This document shows, piece after piece, positions 42,758 through 52,409 of a stretch of 64,000 bases of DNA. The stretch covers positions 960,001 to 1,024,000 of the forward strand of contig CAVWLP010000002.1 in NCBI GenBank assembly GCA_963755915.1, written 5' to 3'. A model generated the notes under the pieces. That model ran no database searches, was not told the origin of the DNA, and saw nothing but the letters and a program-made list of their open reading frames with translations. Position 1 is the first letter of the stretch. Each line of letters begins with the position of its first letter. A program made the translations under genes and the position numbers. This DNA comes from an uncultured Phycisphaerales bacterium. GTDB taxonomy: Bacteria; Planctomycetota; Phycisphaerae; Tepidisphaerales; Tepidisphaeraceae.

Positions 42758-43564
42758 TCACTCAAACGCGATCGCCGGCAAAACGCGGGATCGCTTCCCC
42801 TTCAGGCAGTAGACCCACAAAACGTCCCCAGCGGAAGCCTTTTTCGCGAAGGCGGCGGGAAGTATCACCGAATTGAGATCGTTGTCGTTAAACCCATATC
42901 GCGTGAACTGCGCCAGCTTCGATCGCGGCGCCAGCGCGGAACTGCGCAGCGAGACGATCTGAATCGGCAGCGAGTCGCCAAGGCGATAAATGCGCAGCAC
43001 CCGCTGGCGGATCAGATAGCTGACGCCGAGCGTGACTGCCCCGGTCAGCAGCGCCAGCCCGGCGCCCAGCATGCTGTGGATGAGCGGCTCCATATACGTC
43101 CGGCTGGTCCACTGGGTTGGGTCATTCGGATCGATGCGGATGGGAATCGTGGTGTTCTCCGTAGCCGATCGTTCCGGCCCTTCAAGCGCGCCGGAGACGT
43201 TGTAGGTCTGCCCGTTGTAGTCGAAGGAGAGATCCAGATCGCTTCCGGGCGGCCGCATGTGGTGCAGGCCTCCAATCATTGCCTGGACGACGACGCCATG
43301 CTCGACGAGATTCTTATCCGCGATCCAATCCGAGGTTTCGACGGCCGCTTCACAAATGGCGGCGATGAAAAGGCAAAGAGCCACGAGCCACCAGAACCGC
43401 GCGTGCGGCTCCATCCACCCGGCCCATTTGGCGGCGCGCGTCATCGGGCGCGGAGGAGGCGGGGTAGGGTCGGGAAGCTTGGAAGCCGCGGGCGCCCCGC
43501 CGCCGGCATAGGGAATCACGGGGGGTCTGCGGGTGGACGGGGGTTTACCGAGGGATTCTGCCAA
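42758..43564 (-). CDS. Two-TM membrane protein with DUF3592-like domain (start uncertain)
   Basis: TM FWWLVALCLFIAAIC, beta-rich FDYNGQTY..IPIRIDPNDP, second TM. Confidence 0.6.
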   Translation of the reverse strand: MAESLGKPPSTRRPPVIPYAGGGAPAASKLPDPTPPPPRPMTRAAKWAGWMEPHARFWWLVALCLFIAAICEAAVETSDWIADKNLVEHGVVVQAMIGGLHHMRPPGSDLDLSFDYNGQTYNVSGALEGPERSATENTTIPIRIDPNDPTQWTSRTYMEPLIHSMLGAGLALLTGAVTLGVSYLIRQRVLRIYRLGDSLPIQIVSLRSSALAPRSKLAQFTRYGFNDNDLNSVILPAAFAKKASAGDVLWVYCLKGKRSRVLPAIAFE

Positions 43565-43593
43565 TCGTCGCTCCGGAAAATTGCTGTGGGGCT

Positions 43594-45900
43594 CTACTTC
43601 GCAGCCGAAAGGTAACCGTGCTTGAAGCAGTCTACAAGCAGGTCGTGAGCGATGGGCCCCGCGACCCGGCCACCCGACGCACCGTACTCCACAAGAACGC
43701 AAAACGCGATCTGCGGATGGTCGGCGGGTGCATATCCCATAAACCAGGCATGAGCCAGGTGTTTTTCAGGCGGTGTATTGTCGGGTGAAGTCGGCTTAAT
43801 GTACCACCCCTCGGTTCCAGGGTCGCCGAAATGGATTTGCTGGAAGCCGATGAACTTGCCGCTGGCGTCGCGCTGCATAATCGACATGAACCCGCCCGTC
43901 TGGGCCGAGCCGGTCTTCCCCGCGATCGGAATATTAAGAAGGGGGTCCTGATCGAGCGGCGGATCATCGGGGCCGCGATCTATCCACTCCGGTCGAATCC
44001 AGTACCCCGAGCCGTCGGCACTGCACACTTCTTTCATGCCCAGTTGAACGGCATCGAGCGCCTCCCGCGAAAGATGCAGATCGACCCGGTCCGGCGTCGG
44101 ATCGTCCGATGCGCGCGAGCCAAATCGTCCCACGTCCGCATCTTCCACCAGCCGCGGGCGCATCCAGATTCCGTTGCGGGCAATGGTCGCGGCGACGTTG
44201 GCCATCTGGATCGGCGTGGCTTGAATGTGCCCTTCGCCGATTCCCAGCGACCACGTCTGCGTCTGGGCTTCGACAGAGAATTGTCCGTTTTGACCAAACA
44301 GCAGCCCGGGGCTCTCCTCAATGCCGATCCCGGTCCGCTGGCCCAGTCCAAAGTTTCTGAACCACTTGCACAAGTCGGCGATGCCCATCCGCAGAGCGAC
44401 CGTCTCAAAGACAACATTGCAACTGTCCTTGATGCCATCGGAGATGGTGAGCATATCAGAGCTAAGCTCCCTATCGCCCGCCGCATAATGGCTAATGGGA
44501 CCGCCGCTGTTCTTTAGCGCTGCGTTTATCCAGCAATGCCCATAGGACTGCGGGCGACCGTCGATCATAAGCTCGCCGTGGCACTCGATTCGATCGGTTG
44601 CCTTCATCACGTGGTCGGTGATCGACCCGCTGCCGACGATCGGCTTGGCAGTGGAACCGGGAACAACCGCCAGCTCGGTGGCGCGGTCGAGGAGGGGGCG
44701 GTCCAACTCATTCGATGCCAGCTCGGCATAGTGTACGTCGAGGTCTTTGGGGTCGTAGCCCGGGTTGGAAACCAGCGCCAGGACTTCCCCGGTGTCGACC
44801 TTGATGACGACGGCGGCGCCGTGCTGGTTCCAGCGGGTGTCGACGATCACCCCCTTTTCGCGATGAACGCGCGGCTTCATGAATTCGTTTTCGATGTCGT
44901 TCTGCAGCGATTCGTCGATGGTGAGCGAGACGTCCGTGCCGGGAATCGCCTCGATGCGGTCGACGACTTTCTCGGTGCCGGCGACGGTTTCGATTTTGCC
45001 GCGGGTGCCGCGCAGGGTGTTTTCGCACAGGGCTTCGATGCCGGCGCGGCCGGAGAGGTCCCCCAGCCAGTATTTGCGAAGCTCCGGCAAATCACAGGTG
45101 ATTTCGTCCGGGGCAGCGGCTTCTAGATATCCCAGCACGTTGCAGGCGACGCGCCCGAAGGGATAGTCGCGGTATTTGCTCGGCTGCAGGCTCAGGCACC
45201 AGAACCGGTCCTCCTCGCGGGCGAGCCGGGCCTGAATTTCCGGGGGAATGTTTTTCAGGATCACGTGCGGCTGCGTCTCGTCGCCTATGGGCGGATCGTA
45301 TTTGTCGAAATCGGAATCGGCCCCGCTGTCGGCAAGAAATTCGCGATACCACCTCGAGGAATTCTCCTCCTGGTTGTGCGCGGCCGTTTCGTAGTTGTGC
45401 CACCACTTGTAACGCTTTCGCATTTCCACGCGCTGGACGATGTCGCGGCGGATTTCGTCGATCTGATCCGGCGTCTTCCCGCCGGCGGCGGCGAGCTCAG
45501 TCCACATGTCGGCAATGTCAGCGCGGACGGCGTCGGATTGCGCGTCGAGCGTCTGCTGCCAATCGGATGAATGGGAGGCGGATTTAAACTGGTCGCCGAG
45601 TTTTTGTTTCAGAAGCTGGACGGCGCGGGCCTGGACGTAGAGGTCATCCACGTCTTCGGGAATGGCCGGATAATCGACGCAGGCGTCGATGCACGGCGCG
45701 TCGATGGCCAGCGTGCTGCCCTTGCGATCCAGGATCGCGCCGCGGGTGGTTTCGATGAACTCTCCCCGCTTCATGATTTCCGTGGCCTGGCTGCTCCAGG
45801 TGTTGTGCTGGACAATCTGGATCTGCCCGGCCCGGATCGCCAGGGCGGCCGAGGTCAGCAGAAGGATGACTAGAAGGATTTTGAGGCGGCGTTCGAACAT
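43594..45900 (-). CDS. mrdA: Class B penicillin-binding protein 2
   Basis: N-terminal TM, RGAILDRKG, RDYPFG, GRAGIE, SxxK (GSTAK), SxN (SCN), KTGSAQ, HAWFMGYAP. Confidence 0.9.
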   Translation of the reverse strand: MFERRLKILLVILLLTSAALAIRAGQIQIVQHNTWSSQATEIMKRGEFIETTRGAILDRKGSTLAIDAPCIDACVDYPAIPEDVDDLYVQARAVQLLKQKLGDQFKSASHSSDWQQTLDAQSDAVRADIADMWTELAAAGGKTPDQIDEIRRDIVQRVEMRKRYKWWHNYETAAHNQEENSSRWYREFLADSGADSDFDKYDPPIGDETQPHVILKNIPPEIQARLAREEDRFWCLSLQPSKYRDYPFGRVACNVLGYLEAAAPDEITCDLPELRKYWLGDLSGRAGIEALCENTLRGTRGKIETVAGTEKVVDRIEAIPGTDVSLTIDESLQNDIENEFMKPRVHREKGVIVDTRWNQHGAAVVIKVDTGEVLALVSNPGYDPKDLDVHYAELASNELDRPLLDRATELAVVPGSTAKPIVGSGSITDHVMKATDRIECHGELMIDGRPQSYGHCWINAALKNSGGPISHYAAGDRELSSDMLTISDGIKDSCNVVFETVALRMGIADLCKWFRNFGLGQRTGIGIEESPGLLFGQNGQFSVEAQTQTWSLGIGEGHIQATPIQMANVAATIARNGIWMRPRLVEDADVGRFGSRASDDPTPDRVDLHLSREALDAVQLGMKEVCSADGSGYWIRPEWIDRGPDDPPLDQDPLLNIPIAGKTGSAQTGGFMSIMQRDASGKFIGFQQIHFGDPGTEGWYIKPTSPDNTPPEKHLAHAWFMGYAPADHPQIAFCVLVEYGASGGRVAGPIAHDLLVDCFKHGYLSAAK

Positions 45901-46052
45901 TTGGATTTTTTAGCTGGCGTTTCGGGATGGGAACGTCCGTGTTTTGGGGTTCGGCATCCGTGCCGGGAGGGAGTATATCGCGGCGAATGGGGAATGCCGA
46001 ACGAAAGACGGGTGCTAATTGAAATTCTGCATGAAAGGGTAGAATTTAACTG

Positions 46053-46697
46053 ATGCCGCCGAGGCAAATCGCGCAACGAATCGCCAAGGTTGTATTGCAG
46101 GCCGTTATCTGGTCGGGCATTGCCGGGATTGTTTTTAATTCCGCGATGATTCTGGGACTTTTCGGCCCTGTGCACTGGGCAAATTACGGGCCTGGAGAGG
46201 AGACGGAAGCGGTTCAACTGCCGGATGGGCGATATGCAATTCTGCTGCAGCTTGTGATGCGGGTTCAGATTTATTCGCCGAATATGCAATTCCTCTATGG
46301 CTGGAACATTGGCCCGTCGGAATCGGAGCAAATCCGGCTTGCCGACGATGGCAATCTCAATCTCTACGCCCAGCTCGTAAGGCATGATCCCCAGGGGTGG
46401 GCGCACAAGGTCTACGATCTCAACGGCAATTTTATTTTGAAGGATGTCATTCCCGTCCCCAGCGGACCCGTAAATCCCGCAAAATTACCGGGAAGCGGCC
46501 CGCAACCGGTAACCGTACCCGGCGGCTCGCCGTGGTGGTGGACGTTCCCGTTCCGGAACGGAGTGTACGGTTTTGCCACCCTCTTCGGGGGTGCGCTCGT
46601 GGGCATAATAGCCAGTTATATCTTCTATACGCCGGAGGAGCGCCAAGCCTACCGCGCTCGCATGCGGAATCGCCGGCGGCAACCGGGATGGAGATAA
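46053..46697 (+). CDS. Hypothetical membrane protein
   Basis: Two hydrophobic segments flanking a beta-rich region. Confidence 0.55.
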   Translation: MPPRQIAQRIAKVVLQAVIWSGIAGIVFNSAMILGLFGPVHWANYGPGEETEAVQLPDGRYAILLQLVMRVQIYSPNMQFLYGWNIGPSESEQIRLADDGNLNLYAQLVRHDPQGWAHKVYDLNGNFILKDVIPVPSGPVNPAKLPGSGPQPVTVPGGSPWWWTFPFRNGVYGFATLFGGALVGIIASYIFYTPEERQAYRARMRNRRRQPGWR

Positions 46698-46746
46698 AGG
46701 GGCCGTTTGCGGAAAAGGCGAAAAAGGGGTAGAGCGGGCTTAGGAA

Positions 46747-48606
46747 ATGGATAATGTAATCGATGCCGACTCTGCCCGTCTACTGGCTCGGCATCGTTTT
46801 CGATGGCCACATATCATTGCGTTAATTCTTTTGTTCTCTGCCGGCGCCGCAGTCCGGTTTTATCAATTGGGGAAACAAAGTCTCTGGCTTGACGAATATT
46901 GGGGCGTCTACAACTCCACCGGGTTTGGGCAGCCGGGCACTTCGGTTTTCCATGCGCCGGCCGGTGCGGTGTTAGACCCGCCTCCCCCGACCGGATTTGC
47001 CAATGCGCCGCCCTGGTGGCATATCTGGAACGGGTTGGATAATACGTTTCATCCGCCATTGTTCTACATATTGTTACGATTTTGGATCAAATTGTGGGGC
47101 GATTCGGATATTGCGGTTCGCTCGCTGTCAGCAATCTTCGGCCTGGGCGGCGCGCTACTGCTGCTGAAACTGATCCATCGCATTCACGGACCCTGGCGGG
47201 GGTTGATAGCCGCAGGGCTAATGCTCTTTTCCTGGGAACAGATCGATCAATGCCGTCAGGCGCGACCCTATACGCTGCTGGTTTTTATTGGCCTGATTTG
47301 CATTGATCTCGTGATGCGGATGAATCGTCGCGCTGCCACTCCACGTAAGGTATTACTGTTGTTCCTGTTCGCCGCCGCGATGGAATTGACACATTATTTT
47401 GCCGTAGGCTTTTTAGCCGGGCTGGGGATTTATGTGCTGATACATTTTCGCGGGCGTGATCGGGCGTTCATTCTGGGGGCGCTGGTGAGTGCCGCGGTGG
47501 TCGTGATCGCAGCATGGGGCTCATTTTTCTTCGGAGACCGTCAGATTTGGCAATACCAAACCGGTTATCCGGCGCCTGGAACAAATTCCCAGATCGCAGA
47601 GCAATTGCTTCAATTACCGACACGCATGGTGCTTTCACCCTGGCATTTCACCTGGACCGCGACGATTCCCTTGATGGTTTTGGTTTGTATTCTTCCGATT
47701 GTTCAGATGCACCGAAGCTCCGACACATTGTTCTGGTGGTTCTGGATGATGGCTGGTGAATTGCTCATTGCCGCCATTGATGTGTATCACCAAACCCTGA
47801 CGGTCTTTGTTTTGAAATATGCCCTTCCCGCTTCCGTCGGCATGTTCGCGCTGTTGGCGATCCAGCCGCCGCTCCAGGGACGAGAGGGGCGATTTCGCGC
47901 GCCCATTCTCATTTTTTTGTGTTTCGGGGCATTGTGGAGCGTGATTGAAATGATGCATTTCGAGAAACTGCTGCCGCCAGAACAATGGGGGCTGCTTCTG
48001 GTTCCGGCGATTTTGCTGGTTTTGATGGTCGGCTTGAGAAATTCATGGTGGCTTTGGACCGTAGCGGGGATGGTTTTGGCGGCATGCTCGAATCTATTTT
48101 TATTGTCGGCGAGTGGTTCGCATCCAATGCTTGCGCTGATCCTCGGGCCATTTATATTTATTCTTTTGGCGGGAACGGCTCCGCGCGGACCTGTCAATCA
48201 AAAGCTTCCGCTGGCCGCCGCATGGGCTCTGGTTGGTTGGGCGATCGTGATAGACGTTCAGTCTGTAATCTCCAACAGATGGGACGTCAGTAAGGTGGAT
48301 TGGCGGGCAACTTCGCGTGAGATTGACGAAAAGACCGGACCGCGCGATGTGATCGCCTTTATAGGAGATGGGAAAATCGATTCGGCTTTAATGTATATAG
48401 CTTACAAGCGATATTCACCGGATTCGAAGCGTCCGGTAATGATATTGGGCGATCATCCCGTCGATCCCAAGACACTTGGGAATTATCCTGTCGTGTGGGT
48501 TGCCGGGCGTGATGCGGACGCGGATACATCGCGATTTTTCCGGGGATTCCGGCATGGTCCAGTGACACAACTTTCGGCTTGCGAGATTTGGCCGGTGTTA
48601 CAATAG
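46747..48606 (+). CDS. GT-C fold glycosyltransferase (GT39/PMT-like), low GC
   Basis: SLWLDE, HPPLFY, VRSLSAIFG, QARPY, THYF; many TM helices. Confidence 0.85.
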   Translation: MDNVIDADSARLLARHRFRWPHIIALILLFSAGAAVRFYQLGKQSLWLDEYWGVYNSTGFGQPGTSVFHAPAGAVLDPPPPTGFANAPPWWHIWNGLDNTFHPPLFYILLRFWIKLWGDSDIAVRSLSAIFGLGGALLLLKLIHRIHGPWRGLIAAGLMLFSWEQIDQCRQARPYTLLVFIGLICIDLVMRMNRRAATPRKVLLLFLFAAAMELTHYFAVGFLAGLGIYVLIHFRGRDRAFILGALVSAAVVVIAAWGSFFFGDRQIWQYQTGYPAPGTNSQIAEQLLQLPTRMVLSPWHFTWTATIPLMVLVCILPIVQMHRSSDTLFWWFWMMAGELLIAAIDVYHQTLTVFVLKYALPASVGMFALLAIQPPLQGREGRFRAPILIFLCFGALWSVIEMMHFEKLLPPEQWGLLLVPAILLVLMVGLRNSWWLWTVAGMVLAACSNLFLLSASGSHPMLALILGPFIFILLAGTAPRGPVNQKLPLAAAWALVGWAIVIDVQSVISNRWDVSKVDWRATSREIDEKTGPRDVIAFIGDGKIDSALMYIAYKRYSPDSKRPVMILGDHPVDPKTLGNYPVVWVAGRDADADTSRFFRGFRHGPVTQLSACEIWPVLQ

Positions 48607-48758
48607 AACCGCGCGCCGAATTAAAAACTCATCGCCGACTTTGAACTTTTCCCATCGCTCGTCGGTCTATTCGCGCGCTTCTGTTTAGTCATCAAAAGAG
48701 CACAATCGAATACAACCAATGCCAAAAGCCGGGAATTGGGTACCCCATTTCGCCCATC

Positions 48759-49409
48759 TTACCCATTTTGTTGCGGACTGTTACCTTTTGTACCTGATAG
48801 TCCTGCGTCAAATTTTTTTTCAGCCGCGATCGCATGAAACGCCCGGCCTTCCATCGCGTATTTGCGCTGAAAATTAGTTCCGACATCTCCAGGCGCGTAA
48901 GGGATTTCCGTGAGCGGCGATTTGCGGACTACGTCCTGAATCTGCTCAAAATATTCCGCGTGATCGGTGACAATCTGGAGCCGCCCCGCGGAACCAAGCA
49001 CGCGCTGGATTTCCAGAAGAAACGGCGGCTGGATGAGCCGGCGCTTGTGGTGGCGTTTTTTGGGCCAGGGGTCGGGGAAATAAATGTGCACCACCGCCAG
49101 CGAGGCGCTGGGCACAAACTCGCGCAGAAAATACGCCGCCTCGGCCCGGCAGGTGCGGACGTTCGTGCAGTTGTTCCGCCGCAGGCGGTCGCTGGCGTAA
49201 CGCCAGTACCAGCGGGCGTATTCGATTCCGAAAAAATTGGTCTGCGGCCGGGACTTCGCCTCGGCGGTCAGGAAGGTGCCTTTGCCGATGCCGATTTCGA
49301 ATTCGACCGGGTTGTCGTTTCCGAAGAGAACGGCCCAGTTGATCGGATGGGGAAGCGATTCCACATCCAGACCGATGGGCTCGACGATCAGGTCGGTGGA
49401 AGATTGCAT
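48759..49409 (-). CDS. trmB: tRNA (guanine-N7)-methyltransferase
   Basis: EIGIGKG, FFGIE, YFPDPWPKKRHHKRRL, TDHAEY, TNFQRKY. Confidence 0.93.
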   Translation of the reverse strand: MQSSTDLIVEPIGLDVESLPHPINWAVLFGNDNPVEFEIGIGKGTFLTAEAKSRPQTNFFGIEYARWYWRYASDRLRRNNCTNVRTCRAEAAYFLREFVPSASLAVVHIYFPDPWPKKRHHKRRLIQPPFLLEIQRVLGSAGRLQIVTDHAEYFEQIQDVVRKSPLTEIPYAPGDVGTNFQRKYAMEGRAFHAIAAEKKFDAGLSGTKGNSPQQNG

Positions 49410-49415
49410 TGAACG

Positions 49416-50993
49416 TCAGTGTTTGAAATGCCGCCGGCCGGTAAGGATCAGGGCGGCGCCGCGCTGATTGATCAAATCGACGGTTTCGTGGTCTTTCACG
49501 GATCCGCCGGGGTGGACGATGGCGGTGACGCCGGCGTCGAGAAGAAGCTGCGGCGCATCGGGGAAGGGAAAAAACGCATCGCTCGCGGCGACAGCCCCGG
49601 CGGAGCGAGTGCCTGCTTTGGAGATCGCCAGTCGCGCGGCGCTGGGGCGGTCCATCTGGCCCGCGCCGGCGCCCAGGAGCATCTGGGACTTGCAGATGAC
49701 GATCGCGTTGCTCTTCACGTGCTTGCAGGCAATCCAGGCGAATTTCAGATCGAGCAGCTCGGCTTCCGTCGGCGGGCGGCGCGAGGCGACGTTCCACGTC
49801 GATTCGTCCACGCCGGCCAGATCGCGCTCCTGGAGCAGGTATCCGCCGACGATTTTGTGCATGTGAAGCTCGGTGGAGTCGGGGGTGCCGATGGGACCGA
49901 CTTTCAGCAGCCGGACGTTTTTCCAGCGGTCGCGGAGGATTTTCAGTGCGTCATCGGTAAAATCCGGCGCGACGACAACTTCCAGCAGCTTGTCGATGGA
50001 AACGATCGCCGAGGCGGTGGTTTGATCGACCTGGCGGTTGAGCGCCAGGATTCCCCCGAAGGCGGCGAGGGGATCGCTGTCGAAAGCGCGGTGAAAGGCT
50101 TCGGCAGGGGTTTCGGCAACCGAGCAGCCGCAGGGCGTGGCATGTTTGACGATGCAGGCCGCCGGCCGCGCAAATTCCTTGACGACGCCGAGCGCGGCAT
50201 CGCCGTCCAGAAGATTGATATACGAAAGCTCCTTGCCATGAAGCTGGGTCGCGGTGGTGACGGAAGCTTCCGCCGATTTGCGGCCATCGACATAAAGCGC
50301 TGCGCGCTGGTGCGGATTTTCCCCATATCGCAACTGCTGCCGGCGGGTGAGGCTGATCTGCAACTGCTCGGGCAGCGGCTCGGGATCGATCTGCCGGCGA
50401 AGGTAATCCGCAATGGCCGCGTCGTAAGCGGCCGTATGCGCGAACGCCCGAGCGGCCTGCTTAAACCGATGCGCCCCGCACGATGACCCGCCATGCTTGC
50501 GCAGATCACCGAGGATTTTCTCATACTGTCCCGGATCGACGGCGACGAGGACGAAGCGGTAGTTTTTCGCCGCCGAGCGGATCATCGCTGGCCCGCCGAT
50601 GTCGATATTCTCGATCGCCTCCTCGAGCGAAACGCCCGGCTTGGCGATGGTCTGCTGGAAGGGATAAAGGTTCACGCACAGCAGGTCGATGGGGGGAATT
50701 CCGTGGGTTGCCATCGCCTCGGCATGGCGTGGATTGTCACGCAGGGCCAGCAAACCACCGTGGATTTTCGGATGGAGGGTTTTGACGCGCCCGTCCATCA
50801 TCTCGGGAAAGCCGGTGACGTCGGAAACTTCGGCAACCTTCAGCCCCGCGTCGCGCAGGGCCTTGGCGGTGCCTCCGGTGCTGACAAGCTCAACCTTGAA
50901 TTCCCCGGCAAGTGCCGAGGCAAATTCCAAAAGTCCGGTTTTGTCTGACACAGAGAGGAGCGCGCGGCGAACTGGAATCAAATCATCGGGCAT
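49416..50993 (-). CDS. purH: Bifunctional AICAR formyltransferase / IMP cyclohydrolase
   Basis: RALLSVSDKTG, GRVKTLHP, IDIGGPAMIRSAAKN, LRYGENPHQ, KHVKSNAI, ASDAFFPF, TGRRHFKH. Confidence 0.97.
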   Translation of the reverse strand: MPDDLIPVRRALLSVSDKTGLLEFASALAGEFKVELVSTGGTAKALRDAGLKVAEVSDVTGFPEMMDGRVKTLHPKIHGGLLALRDNPRHAEAMATHGIPPIDLLCVNLYPFQQTIAKPGVSLEEAIENIDIGGPAMIRSAAKNYRFVLVAVDPGQYEKILGDLRKHGGSSCGAHRFKQAARAFAHTAAYDAAIADYLRRQIDPEPLPEQLQISLTRRQQLRYGENPHQRAALYVDGRKSAEASVTTATQLHGKELSYINLLDGDAALGVVKEFARPAACIVKHATPCGCSVAETPAEAFHRAFDSDPLAAFGGILALNRQVDQTTASAIVSIDKLLEVVVAPDFTDDALKILRDRWKNVRLLKVGPIGTPDSTELHMHKIVGGYLLQERDLAGVDESTWNVASRRPPTEAELLDLKFAWIACKHVKSNAIVICKSQMLLGAGAGQMDRPSAARLAISKAGTRSAGAVAASDAFFPFPDAPQLLLDAGVTAIVHPGGSVKDHETVDLINQRGAALILTGRRHFKH

Positions 50994-52230
50994 GAGGCTG
51001 CCATTGGTTGGAGCCGGGACTCTGGCTGTCGACGAGCTGTCCGTAAGAGCCGGGCTGAAGCGTCGGTTTGAATGCGACCAGTAGGCCGCTTCGCGTCGCC
51101 CCGTAAATGAGGGCGGCCTTGGGCTGCGATGTCAGGAACTGAATGTCGGTGCGCTGGGTTTGGAAAGCGATCTGGCCCGTCTGTTTATCAACCGCCGCGA
51201 GGCCGACGGATCGGCCGCCCGTCGCCAGCGTGACGTAGAGATACGTTTCGTCCTCGCTGAGGACCCGCAGGCCGTTGGAAAGCGTCCACCGGGCAGTCCG
51301 CAGCGGGGAAGCGACGCTTTCCTGGTCGCCCAGCGTGAGCTTGTCTGATTTATCGATGGCGACCAGTCCCTGCGTGGGAACGTATTGATAAACCCCGCTG
51401 TCGCTCACCTGGGGCCCGGTCATGAGGGGCTGACCTGAGAAAAATTGCCACTGCAGCTTTCCGGTGTTTTTGTCCAGGCACAGGACTTTCCCGGCATCGG
51501 TGGAGCAGTAGCAATAGGCGTTATCGACGGCGATGGAGCCGAAGACCTTGCTCTGCGTGTCGAATGCGTCATCGGGGGGAAGCAGGGTCCAGACGGGGGT
51601 TCGGTCTTCCAGGCAGGCGCGGACTTTGCCGTCTTCGCTGCCGCAGTAGATCACGCCGTCGGATAGCCCGACCGCGCCGCCAATTTCACCGAACGTTAAG
51701 AACGTCCACTGGACTGGAAGGATGTCCTGGGTCACGTCAACCTGGGCGAGACAGCCCTGATTGAAATCGAGGCCCACGTAGACGCTGTCATCGTGATTTG
51801 ATCCGACGGCCTGGTTGGTGATGTTGTATTTGACGTCGACGGACCGGATGAAGTTTCCGGTGCGGGTGTAATATTCGAGGGTGTGATTGGTGGGGAAGAC
51901 GATGCCGTCGCGAACGAGGGTCGGAGCCCCGTGGAAGCTGACGTCCGGCGTGCCGACCTGGTTGCGGTAAAGCAGCTCGCCGCTTTCCCCTTTGACGGCC
52001 TGGTCGTAATTCTGTGCGCTGAGGACGTGAACGGCTCCGTCAAGGTAATAAATGCCTCGTACGGAATCGCCTGCGTGCATGGGGACGTGCAGGTCCCAGG
52101 CCTGTACGAAGGAAGGCTGGGAGATGGTGACGAAGGGACTTTCCGGGTTCTCGTTGGAGGACTGGCAGCCGGCAAACATGCCGCAGAGCGTCGCGACAGC
52201 GGCTACCAGAAAGGACGATTTTCGAATCAC
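50983..52230 (-). CDS. PQQ-like beta-propeller lipoprotein (BamB-like)
   Basis: GTG start with GGAG RBS, lipobox FAGC, repeats such as CLDKNTGKLQW and AVDKQTGQIAF. Confidence 0.75.
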   Translation of the reverse strand: MIRKSSFLVAAVATLCGMFAGCQSSNENPESPFVTISQPSFVQAWDLHVPMHAGDSVRGIYYLDGAVHVLSAQNYDQAVKGESGELLYRNQVGTPDVSFHGAPTLVRDGIVFPTNHTLEYYTRTGNFIRSVDVKYNITNQAVGSNHDDSVYVGLDFNQGCLAQVDVTQDILPVQWTFLTFGEIGGAVGLSDGVIYCGSEDGKVRACLEDRTPVWTLLPPDDAFDTQSKVFGSIAVDNAYCYCSTDAGKVLCLDKNTGKLQWQFFSGQPLMTGPQVSDSGVYQYVPTQGLVAIDKSDKLTLGDQESVASPLRTARWTLSNGLRVLSEDETYLYVTLATGGRSVGLAAVDKQTGQIAFQTQRTDIQFLTSQPKAALIYGATRSGLLVAFKPTLQPGSYGQLVDSQSPGSNQWQPHAR

Positions 52231-52409
52231 AGGTTTCTCCTGGACACACAAGCGAAAAAGGCCGTTTTGCCGCCACGGCCTACGGCCCGGTGGGAAGCCC
52301 CAAGCATAGCCGATTGAGGCGTTTAGCGTCAATTGAATGCGGGTTCAATAACAATTCCCTGGCAATAATTGCTCAAGCAATGCGTTAGAAATGATGAGAT
52401 AGAGATAAG

